Origin: an uncultured Gemmatimonadales bacterium
GTDB lineage: Bacteria > Gemmatimonadota > Gemmatimonadetes > Longimicrobiales > RSA9
Length of the DNA: 64,000 nucleotides
Assembly (NCBI GenBank): GCA_963708135.1
Contig: OY970192.1
Coordinates: 4,384,001-4,448,000 of the forward strand
Direction: 5' to 3'
A program made the position numbers and the translations under genes. Positions within the stretch are counted from its first letter, which is position 1. Each line of letters begins with the position of its first letter. The notes under the pieces were generated by a model that was given only the letters and a program-made list of their open reading frames with translations, was not told the DNA's origin and made no database searches. Of this stretch, positions 1-8,012 are shown piece by piece.

Positions 1-260
1 GGCGCGGCGTAGGAGAGTCGAGACACCGGAAGCTGGCGCGGAGCCCTCGTCATGAGCGCGAGTGCGCCGCCGTTCTGGACTCATGAGCCGGCAGCTCTTC
101 TGACGGCACGGCGGCTGGCGCGGCTGAACGCGTCGCTCCAGTCCGGCTTCGACTAGCGGGATGCGGGGTGCGGCGCGGGGGGGCGGCGCTCGCGGCGCGG
201 GGGAGGGACTCGTAGCTTCCGGGGGTTCGAATCACGAGTCTCAAACCGCAGAGACGCACG

Positions 261-1526
261 ATGTTCGTCGCCCTGCTTGCCGCCTCGGTGCTCGCCGCGA
301 GCCCACCTGCGGGGCCGGGTCTGGCCGGCGCACGCGCTCGCCCGCGGCCGTCTTCGGCCGACACCTCCCTCTCCCGCGCCGTCGCGCAGGCCGACTCGCT
401 CATCTCGGCCGCCATTGCGGACAGCCTGGTTCCGGGGGCGGTGCTGCTGGTGGCGCGCGACGGGAAGGTGGTTCACCAGCGGGCGTTCGGCGTCCGCCAG
501 TTGTACGCGTATCCGATGCGTCGCCTGGAGGAGCCGCCGCCGATGCGGGTCTCGACGGTGTTCGACCTGGCGTCGGTGACGAAGGTGATGGCGACGACGA
601 TGGCGGTGATGCTGCTGGTGGACCGCGGCAAGGTGGACCTGGACGCGCCGCTCTACCGCTACCTGCCGGAGTTCCGCGGGCCGCACAGGGACAGCATCCG
701 CGTGCGCCACCTCCTGCAGCATTCGGCGGGTCTCGTGCAGTGGCAGCCGCTCTACTACCACGCGTCCACGCCGGCGGAGACGTACGCGGAGATCCGCCGG
801 ATACCGCTCCGCTGGGGGGTGGGCGAGGGGCGCCACTACAGCGACCTGGGGTTCATGCTGCTCGGCTTCATGGTCGAACGGGTGACGGGGCAGCGGCTGG
901 ACGCCTTCCTGCGCGCGAACCTCTACGATCCGCTCGGGCTCCGCTCCACGGGCTTCCGGCCGCGCGGGCCGCACGGCGCGGCGTGGGCGCTCGGCGCGCG
1001 GGACTTCGCGGCGACGGAGCAGGGCAACGGCTACGAGCGCCACATGGTCTACGACAGCGCGTTCGGCTACTACGTCCCGGGCGATCCACATTCGTGGGAC
1101 GGCTGGCGCCGACGCACGCTGGTCGGCGAGGTGGACGACGGGAACGCGTGGTACGCGAACGGCGGCGTCGCCGGGCACGCGGGGCTGTTCTCGGACGCGG
1201 CGGATCTGCGAGTACTGCTGCGCCTGCTGCTCGACGGCGGCACGTACGGCGGGCGTCGCTACCTGAAGCAGGCGACGATCCGCACGTTCCTCGCGCGCGA
1301 CCGCTACGGCAACTACCTGGGATGGGAGGATCCGGCCGACACGCCGCCGGGCACGTTCTCCCACAACGGCTTCACGGGGACCTACGTGCTCGCCATCCCG
1401 GCCAGCGGCGTGGCCGTCGTGCTGCTCACGAACCGGCAGAACGCGGGCACCGACGCGCGCGGCTACTTCCCGGACGTGGGGCCGCTCCAGCGCGCGGTCA
1501 CGCAGGTGATGGCGGCGGTCCGATAG
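261..1526 (+). CDS. Secreted serine hydrolase, beta-lactamase/AmpC-like family
   Basis: Signal peptide; FDLASVTK (SxxK), HYSDLGF and GHAGLFS motifs; C-terminal HNGFTG. Confidence 0.9.
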   Translation: MFVALLAASVLAASPPAGPGLAGARARPRPSSADTSLSRAVAQADSLISAAIADSLVPGAVLLVARDGKVVHQRAFGVRQLYAYPMRRLEEPPPMRVSTVFDLASVTKVMATTMAVMLLVDRGKVDLDAPLYRYLPEFRGPHRDSIRVRHLLQHSAGLVQWQPLYYHASTPAETYAEIRRIPLRWGVGEGRHYSDLGFMLLGFMVERVTGQRLDAFLRANLYDPLGLRSTGFRPRGPHGAAWALGARDFAATEQGNGYERHMVYDSAFGYYVPGDPHSWDGWRRRTLVGEVDDGNAWYANGGVAGHAGLFSDAADLRVLLRLLLDGGTYGGRRYLKQATIRTFLARDRYGNYLGWEDPADTPPGTFSHNGFTGTYVLAIPASGVAVVLLTNRQNAGTDARGYFPDVGPLQRAVTQVMAAVR

Positions 1527-1553
1527 CGGCGTGGTCCGGAAGGGAGGCATGCG

Positions 1554-2254
1554 ATGAGACGGGCGTGGTGGCGGCGTGACGGTGTGTCGCTGGCGCTCGC
1601 GCTGGTGGCGTTCGCCGCGTCCGGCTGCGGTGCCGGCGACGCGGGGCGGCCGGCGTCCTTGCCCGAGACGGCCGAAGCGGCGGGCGGTGGGGCCGCGGTG
1701 GGGCCGGAGGGCGCGGCCTCGAGGGTGCAGCGGCCGCGACGCTACGACTGCCGGCGCGATACGGCGCTCATGCTGGCGGCGCCGGTGGCGGCGGCGGACA
1801 CGGTGGGGTTGGGCGAGGCGGTGGCGGCGGCGTTTCCCGGCTGGCGGCCGAGCACGCTGCGGGAGATGGCGTGCCGGTTCCCGCTGACGGACGGCTCGCG
1901 GCCGGAGGACTTCTGGCCGGACGACTGGGACTCGGGGCGGGTGTGGTGGAGCTGGAACGGTGACTTCGACGGCGACGGCGCGCCGGACCGGCTGCTGGTG
2001 CTGACGTCGGCGGCGGATCCCTCGCAGGACCAGCTGGGCGTGCTGTTCGGCGGCGGGCGTTCCGCCGTGGTGGCGCCGCTGGGCGGGTGGGGCGTCGAGA
2101 TCCGGCCGGCGGCTCGGTGGTGCAGGACGTAAACCCGGCGGCGAACCCGATCGAGCTGGGCGGCGACGCGATCGTGATCGTCGCGTGGGAGAAGGGGGCG
2201 GAGCTCTACTACTGGACGGGCGACGGCTTCTCCTGGATCACCATCTCCGGCTGA
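1554..2254 (+). pseudogene. Lipoprotein with FG-GAP-like motif, apparently frameshifted near 2110
   Basis: Lipobox ASGC and GDFDGDGAPD. The ORF stops at 2132, but a protein-like continuation (GSVVQDVNPAANPIELGGDAIVIVAWEKGAELYYWTGDGFSWITISG*) runs in another frame to TGA at 2252-2254. May be a sequencing error. Confidence 0.6.
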
Positions 2255-3465
2255 GGCTCGCCGACGCACTCAAGCAGGATGCCGGCGAGCACGGCGACGT
2301 AGGGGCGGGGCGCGAAGCGCGCCACGGCGAGCGCGCGGTTGCGGCCGCCCATGGCGCGGCGCAGCTCGGGGTCGGTGGCGAGACTCGCGAGCGCCGCAGC
2401 CAGCGCGGCGGCATCGCCCGGCGGCACGAAGCGGGTGTTCGCACCCTCCTCCAGGATCTCCGGGAGCGCGCCGACGGGCGTGACCACCAGGGCGAGTCCC
2501 GCGGCCATTGCCTCCAGCACGCTCGTGGGCAGCCCCTCCGAGTACGACGGCAGCGCGAAGAGGTCGGCGCCCGCGAGCAGCCGGGCGATCCCCGGCCTGT
2601 CGAGGGCGCCGACGTGCTCGACGCGGCCGGGGTAGCGCGCCCGGAGCTCATCCCACCTCTCCCGCAGCCGCGGACCGGCGACGGGCAGCGGCTGGCCCGA
2701 GGCCTCGCCGAAGAGGATGTTGCGCTCGCGCTCGAGCCACTCGCCGGCGAAGGCGAGGGTGGCGCCGGGGACCGCATCGAGCACGGCGGGCGCGGCGTCG
2801 AGCATCGCGGCGAAGCCCTTGGCCACGCTCAGGTGGCCGACGTAGACGATGCGCAGGGGGAGGGTGGGGGCGCCGGGCCCGCGCGCGCGGTCGAGCAGCT
2901 CGAGGTCGACGGGGTTGTGGAGCACGCGCAGCCGTTCCGGCGGCACGAGGCCGTCGAAGTGGCCGCGGAAGCGCTCGGCGAGGACGATGACGCGGTCGCA
3001 GCGGGCGAGCACGAAGGCGATGAGCGCGCGCAGGGGAGCGGAGGCGTGGCGGTGGAAGTTCCGGAAGTTGCCGCCGCGCACGTGCGCGACGAGGCGGGCG
3101 CCGGCGAGCCGCGCGGTGAGCGCGATCGCGGCGTCGCGGAGGAAGCCGGAGCGGTTCTGCGAGAGGCAGAAGTAGACCACGCGCGGGCGGTGGCGGGCGA
3201 GCGTCCAGGCCAGCCGTGCCCAGATCCGGGCGAGCGCCAGGACGGCGCGGGCGTCGATGCCGCCCTTCTGCCGGTTGTGGCGGCGGATGTTGGTGGACAC
3301 GTGATGGACGCGCAGGTCGGGGCCGAGCCCGAGACGGAGAATGAGCTCGCTGTTGACCTCCGGACCCGCGTAGGGCGGCGGCGTCGGGACGGCGAGGAGG
3401 ACGTCGACCGGCATCAGCGGGCGGGCGCCGGGCGTGGCACCGGTCGATGGGCCAGGGCGGCGCAT
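2209..3465 (-). CDS. Glycosyltransferase family 4 (GT-B)
   Basis: LPSYSEGLPTSVLEAMAAG (ExxxxxxxE motif) and YVGHLSVAKG. Start may instead be 3414. Confidence 0.9.
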   Translation of the reverse strand: MRRPGPSTGATPGARPLMPVDVLLAVPTPPPYAGPEVNSELILRLGLGPDLRVHHVSTNIRRHNRQKGGIDARAVLALARIWARLAWTLARHRPRVVYFCLSQNRSGFLRDAAIALTARLAGARLVAHVRGGNFRNFHRHASAPLRALIAFVLARCDRVIVLAERFRGHFDGLVPPERLRVLHNPVDLELLDRARGPGAPTLPLRIVYVGHLSVAKGFAAMLDAAPAVLDAVPGATLAFAGEWLERERNILFGEASGQPLPVAGPRLRERWDELRARYPGRVEHVGALDRPGIARLLAGADLFALPSYSEGLPTSVLEAMAAGLALVVTPVGALPEILEEGANTRFVPPGDAAALAAALASLATDPELRRAMGGRNRALAVARFAPRPYVAVLAGILLECVGEPQPEMVIQEKPSPVQ

Positions 3466-3469
3466 GGCA

Positions 3470-5416
3470 TCAGCGTGCTGGCTCGGCCGTGAGGTCCGGG
3501 CGGGGCGCGGGTGCCTCCGCGAAGGCGTCCCACCACATCTCGAGCATCAGGATGGCCCACAGGCGCGGGGCGAGGCCGGGCCGCCCCGCTTGCTGGAGGC
3601 GGACGATCCGGGCGACGGCCTCGGGGTCGAGGATGCCGTGGCGGCGGAGGCGCCCCGGGTCCAGGAAGTCGTGGACGAGGGGACGCAGGTCGGTGCGCAG
3701 CCAGTGGTCGAGCGGGACCTCGAAGCCGTGCTTGCGGCGCTCCACGATGCGGGCCGGCAGGTAGGCGCGCGCCACGCGCCGGAGCAGGTGCTTGGGGCGG
3801 CCGGGCCGGCGCTTGGCGCTGCCGGGCAGGGTGGAGACCCACTCGACCAGCTGGTGGTCCAGGAACGGCGGCCGGGCCTCCAGCCCGACGGCCATGGTCA
3901 TGCGATCCACCTTGGCGAGCATCTCGTCCGCGAGCGTGGTCTTGAGGTCGGCGTAGAGGCGGCGGTTCAGGCGGTCGCCGCCCTCGAAGTGGCGGTAGTG
4001 GGCGCCGAGCACGTCGGTGCGGTCGAGCGCATCCTCCTCGAGCGCGCCCATGAAGGCGTCGCTGTAGAGCGCGCGCTTCATCGGCACATCGAAGTTGGAG
4101 AGCAGGAAGGCGTAGCGCGGATCGGGCTCGAGGAAGGTCGAGCGCAGGAACTTGGCGGTCTTGCGGGCGCGGTCGCGGCCGGGCAGCCGCGGCGTGGCGA
4201 CGGCGGCGTCCATCAGGGCGAGCGCGGAGGCGCGCGCCGCGTCGGGCGTGTAGCGGCGGGCGTGGTCGGCCAGCCGGTCCCAGAAGTAGCGGGAGTAGCC
4301 GGCGAAGAGCTCGTCGGAGCCGTCGCCGGTGAGGACGACGCCGACGTGCTCGCGGGCGGCCCGGGCGAGGTAGTAGGTCGGTACGGCGGAGGAGACGGCG
4401 AAGGGCTCGTCCCAGTGCCAGACGAGGCGGGGCAGGTCGTCGGCCACGGCCGGGCGGACGACGATCTCGTGGTGGTCGGTCCCGCAGTGGCGGGCGACGG
4501 CGCGGGCGTGGGCGAGCTCGTCGAAGTAGCCGGGTCCGTCGAAGCCGACGGCGAAGGTCTTCACGGGCTCCGGCCGGAGCCGGGCCATGAGCGCGACGAT
4601 GAGGCTCGAGTCGAGGCCGCCGCTGAGGAAGGCGCCGAGCGGGACGTCGGCCTCGAGGCGCTCCTCGACCGCGCGTGTCAGCAGGCGGTCGAGCTCGCGC
4701 TCGAGCGCGGCTGGGGGAGGCGGGTGCGGCCGCTCGCGGGTGGGAGCGTCCCACCAGGGCGCGACGGACACGGCGCCGGCGGCGTCGCATAGGAGGAAGT
4801 GCCCGGGCGGCAGCTTCCGGATGCGGCGGTAGATAGTTGCGGGCGCGGGGATGCTGAGGTAAGTGAAGTAGCGGTCGAGGGCGGCGGGATCGATCGAGCG
4901 GTCGATGCCCGGGTGCTGGAGGATCGCCTTGATCTCGGACGCGAAGAGGAGGCGCTCGTCGTCCTGGTAGTACACGAGCGGCTTCTCGCCGAGCCGGTCG
5001 CGCGCGAGGAAGAGCTCCCCCCGGCGCGCGTCCCAGACGGCGAAGGCGAACATGCCGTCGAGGCGGTCCAGGCAGTCGCGGCCGAGCTCCTCGTAGAGGT
5101 GCACGAGCACCTCGGTGTCCGAGGCGGTGCGGAAGCGGTGCCCGCGGCCGGAGAGCCAGTCGCGGAGCGCGCGGTAGTTGTAGATCTCGCCGTTGAAGAC
5201 GACGCTCACGCCGCCATCCTCGCCCGACATCGGCTGCTGCCCGGAGACCAGGTCCACGATCGCCAGGCGACGCATGGCGAGGCCGACGGAGCCGGTGCGC
5301 ACCGCACCGGCGTCGTCGGGGCCGCGGTGGCGCAGCACCCGGTTCATGGCGTCGAGGTGCTCCGCGTCCGCTGGGGACGGCCGCCGCAGGTACCTGACGC
5401 CGCAGATGCCGCACAT
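3470..5416 (-). CDS. asnB: Asparagine synthase (glutamine-hydrolysing) family amidotransferase
   Basis: N-terminal MCGICG (Ntn Cys), HRGPD, FNGEIYN, LSGGLDSS, LTGDGSDELFAGY, PFLD. Confidence 0.93.
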   Translation of the reverse strand: MCGICGVRYLRRPSPADAEHLDAMNRVLRHRGPDDAGAVRTGSVGLAMRRLAIVDLVSGQQPMSGEDGGVSVVFNGEIYNYRALRDWLSGRGHRFRTASDTEVLVHLYEELGRDCLDRLDGMFAFAVWDARRGELFLARDRLGEKPLVYYQDDERLLFASEIKAILQHPGIDRSIDPAALDRYFTYLSIPAPATIYRRIRKLPPGHFLLCDAAGAVSVAPWWDAPTRERPHPPPPAALERELDRLLTRAVEERLEADVPLGAFLSGGLDSSLIVALMARLRPEPVKTFAVGFDGPGYFDELAHARAVARHCGTDHHEIVVRPAVADDLPRLVWHWDEPFAVSSAVPTYYLARAAREHVGVVLTGDGSDELFAGYSRYFWDRLADHARRYTPDAARASALALMDAAVATPRLPGRDRARKTAKFLRSTFLEPDPRYAFLLSNFDVPMKRALYSDAFMGALEEDALDRTDVLGAHYRHFEGGDRLNRRLYADLKTTLADEMLAKVDRMTMAVGLEARPPFLDHQLVEWVSTLPGSAKRRPGRPKHLLRRVARAYLPARIVERRKHGFEVPLDHWLRTDLRPLVHDFLDPGRLRRHGILDPEAVARIVRLQQAGRPGLAPRLWAILMLEMWWDAFAEAPAPRPDLTAEPAR

Positions 5417-5523
5417 GCGCGTGGTCCGTTCCGGGCTCGGGTCGAGGGGTGAGCGGGGGGCCGGTGAGCGCCGGCGCGCCGCGCGCAGCGGCGACTTCAT
5501 GTTTCGTACCGGAGGGAGGCGGA

Positions 5524-6750
5524 ATGCCGGAGCGGTTCGGGACGGCCGCGTTCACGGAGCGGTTCGAGGAGGCGCTGCTCTACGCGGCGAGGCACCACGC
5601 GAGGCAGCGGCGGAAGGGGTCGCGCGTGCCGTACGTGGGGCACGTGCTGGGCGTGGCCTCGCTCGTCATCGAGGATGGCGGCGGCGAGGACGAGGCGATC
5701 GCGGCGCTGTTGCATGACGCGGTGGAGGACGCGCCCGCGGGCGAGGCGGCGCGGGTGCGCGGCGAGGTCGTGGAACGGTTCGGGGCGGACGTCGCCAGGA
5801 TCGTGGAGGGCTGCACGGACGCGGACACGCAGCCCAAGCCGCCCTGGTGGCGGCGCAAGCTGGCGTACGTGGCGCACGTGCGCATGGCGCCGGCGGACGT
5901 GCGCCGGGTCTCGCTCGCCGACAAGCTCTACAACGCGCGCTCGATCGTGGCTGACTACCGGCAAATCGGCGACGCGCTGTGGGAGCGGTTCCGCACCGGC
6001 GCGCCGGGCACGCTCTGGTACTACCTGGCGCTGGCCGACGCCTTCGAGGCGACGGACGGCGGAGCGATGGCGGAGGAGCTCCGCCGGGTGCTGAAGGAGC
6101 TGCTCCGGCTGGTCGCGCGGCCGGCGGTGGCGGAGAAGCGGGCGCGGCGCGGCGGGCCGGCGCGGCTGGGTGGGGTCGCGGGGGCGCCGTCCGGCGCGCG
6201 GGTTTCGTCCGGCGCCGCTCCAGGCGACGAGGCGGGCCGGGTGCCTCCCTCGCTCGAGATCGAGCGTCGCTTCCTCTGCTCCGTGGACGCGCCCGAGGCG
6301 CTGGCCGGCGCTCCGCGCCAGTCGATCCGGCAGGCGTACCTCACGGCCGGCGACCCGGCGGTGCGCATCCGGCAGCTGGACGACCGGTTCATCGTCGGGC
6401 TCAAGCTCGGGAAGGGACTGGTGCGCCGCGAGTTCGAGGACGTCGTGAGCGCGCGCGAGGCGGCGGCGCTGTTCGAGGCGGCCGGCGATGCGGTGCTCGA
6501 GAAGGAGCGGCGCAGGCTGGGCCCGTGGGAGGTGGACGTCTACCGCGGCAGGCTCGCGGGGCTCGTCCTCGCCGAGGTCGAGCTGGCCGGCCCGGCTGAC
6601 CCGCTGCCGCCGGCTCCGCCCGGGGTGCGGCTGCGCCGGGAAGTCACGGAGAAGCGCGAGTACACCGCCCAGGCGCTGGCACGGCTGGGGGCGGCCGAGG
6701 CGGAGGCGTTCGTGGAGCGGGCGAGGAGGGTGCCGGGAGTCATCGCCTGA
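5524..6750 (+). CDS. Fusion of Mesh1/SpoT-like HD hydrolase and CYTH domain
   Basis: N-half HARQRRKG-PYVGH, LLHDAVED, LADKLYN. C-half EIERRFL, IRQAYL, VRIR, RREFE, EKER, WEVDVY, LAEVEL. GGAGG upstream of ATG 5524. Confidence 0.85.
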   Translation: MPERFGTAAFTERFEEALLYAARHHARQRRKGSRVPYVGHVLGVASLVIEDGGGEDEAIAALLHDAVEDAPAGEAARVRGEVVERFGADVARIVEGCTDADTQPKPPWWRRKLAYVAHVRMAPADVRRVSLADKLYNARSIVADYRQIGDALWERFRTGAPGTLWYYLALADAFEATDGGAMAEELRRVLKELLRLVARPAVAEKRARRGGPARLGGVAGAPSGARVSSGAAPGDEAGRVPPSLEIERRFLCSVDAPEALAGAPRQSIRQAYLTAGDPAVRIRQLDDRFIVGLKLGKGLVRREFEDVVSAREAAALFEAAGDAVLEKERRRLGPWEVDVYRGRLAGLVLAEVELAGPADPLPPAPPGVRLRREVTEKREYTAQALARLGAAEAEAFVERARRVPGVIA

Positions 6751-6934
6751 ACTGCGCCGACGACGAGCATCTCGAAGAAGGAGCAGAGCGCGCCGTAGAG
6801 GCCGATCCGGGCCGTGATGTTGAAGGCTGCGTAGATGCCGGCGGCGACGAACACGGCCTGCAGGATGCCGAGGAGCACCTCGAAGCAGGCGGCCAGCGCG
6901 GCGATCGTGAGGCGCTTGTAGTCCTGCGACGGGT

Positions 6935-7168
6935 CTAGTTCGGCGAGAAGCCGCAGGCGCCGCCGCAGCAGCCCTCGCCCATGCCGCAACCGTCCGCGGC
7001 GGCGGCGCCCGGCGTCGCGGCGCCGACCATCCCGGGCGCGGACATGGCGAGCGAGGTCCTGCGGCCGCCGCAGTCCGGGCAGTCCGCGGGAGCGAGCCGC
7101 TCATCCATGCGGCGCAGCGTCTCGAAGCGGCGGCCGCAGTCGCGGCAGGCATACTCGTACAGCGGCAT
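6935..7168 (-). CDS. FmdB-family zinc-ribbon protein
   Basis: MPLYEYxCxxCG...CPxCG and Cys-rich tail CGMGEGCCGGAC; GGAGG RBS. Confidence 0.88.
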   Translation of the reverse strand: MPLYEYACRDCGRRFETLRRMDERLAPADCPDCGGRRTSLAMSAPGMVGAATPGAAAADGCGMGEGCCGGACGFSPN

Positions 7169-7335
7169 TCCACGCCTCCGTTAATCGGTCCCGACCCGAC
7201 AAAGATGAGCGCCCGCGCGGAAAACGCCAGAGTTGGGGCCGCCGCGCGGCGGCCCCGAGCTGCCGCGGGTGCGCGGCGCGGATCCAGCTCGGCGGGCCGG
7301 CGGCCGGGGCGTGCTCCGGCGCGCCGGCCCTCACG

Positions 7336-7890
7336 CTACTGCGTTTTCCGTCCGCCGGCGGGCGGCATCTGCATGGGGTGGTCGTAGTTGTAGATGAGCG
7401 TCTGGATCTTCCAGCCCTGGGACGTGTTGCGCGTGAGCACGACGTACTTGCCGTCGATCGTGACCTTCTTGCCGTTCACCGTCACCGTATTCTTCGTTGA
7501 GCCGGTGGCCCAGCCGAACTCGCCGGCGCCGCCCGAGTCGCCCTGGTTGATCTCGACGCTGGGCATCGAGGCGCTGTCGCCGACCAGGCGCTTCACGATG
7601 GCGTCGCGGCCGTGCACCGCGGGGGTGTCGGGCGGCATCTCGGTGGCGTCGTCCGTGTAGAGGTTGCCGAGGCCCTGGTAGTCGTGGTTGTTCATCAGAG
7701 TCTGGTACTGCCTGGCCAGCGAGTCGAGCGCGGGGCCCGGCCTCACGGCGGTCTGGCCGGCCATGCCCTGCTCGCCGGCCGTGCTGTCCGCGTTCGCGCC
7801 GCCGGCGGCGCCTCCGCTGCCGCAGGCGACGAGGCCCGCGCTCGCGACGATCGCGGCCGCGGCCGCGACGACTGAGATGCTCGCCTTCAT
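7336..7890 (-). CDS. NTF2-like (SnoaL/DUF4440) lipoprotein
   Basis: Lipobox LVAC; LYTDDATEMPP...GRDAI...GKYVVL...WKI pattern; GGAGG RBS before ATG 7890. Confidence 0.8.
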   Translation of the reverse strand: MKASISVVAAAAAIVASAGLVACGSGGAAGGANADSTAGEQGMAGQTAVRPGPALDSLARQYQTLMNNHDYQGLGNLYTDDATEMPPDTPAVHGRDAIVKRLVGDSASMPSVEINQGDSGGAGEFGWATGSTKNTVTVNGKKVTIDGKYVVLTRNTSQGWKIQTLIYNYDHPMQMPPAGGRKTQ

Positions 7891-8012
7891 GTGTCCCTCC
7901 GCGTGACGGGGGCGATGCCCTGGATGCACGAAGGCGCCGGTCCGGCGCCTTGCCAGGGAAACTCCGCGCTCAAGGTGGGATGGCGCCTCGCGGGGAGCAA
8001 GGGCGACGTGGC

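Noticed and set aside
1..53. Possible minus-strand gene start (MTRAPRQLPVSRLSYAA) running off the window
   Set aside because: Too short to support and no clear RBS.
221..236. GGGGGTTCGAATC resembling a tRNA T-loop or att site
   Set aside because: No pairing T-stem, acceptor stem or CCA, and no integrase nearby.
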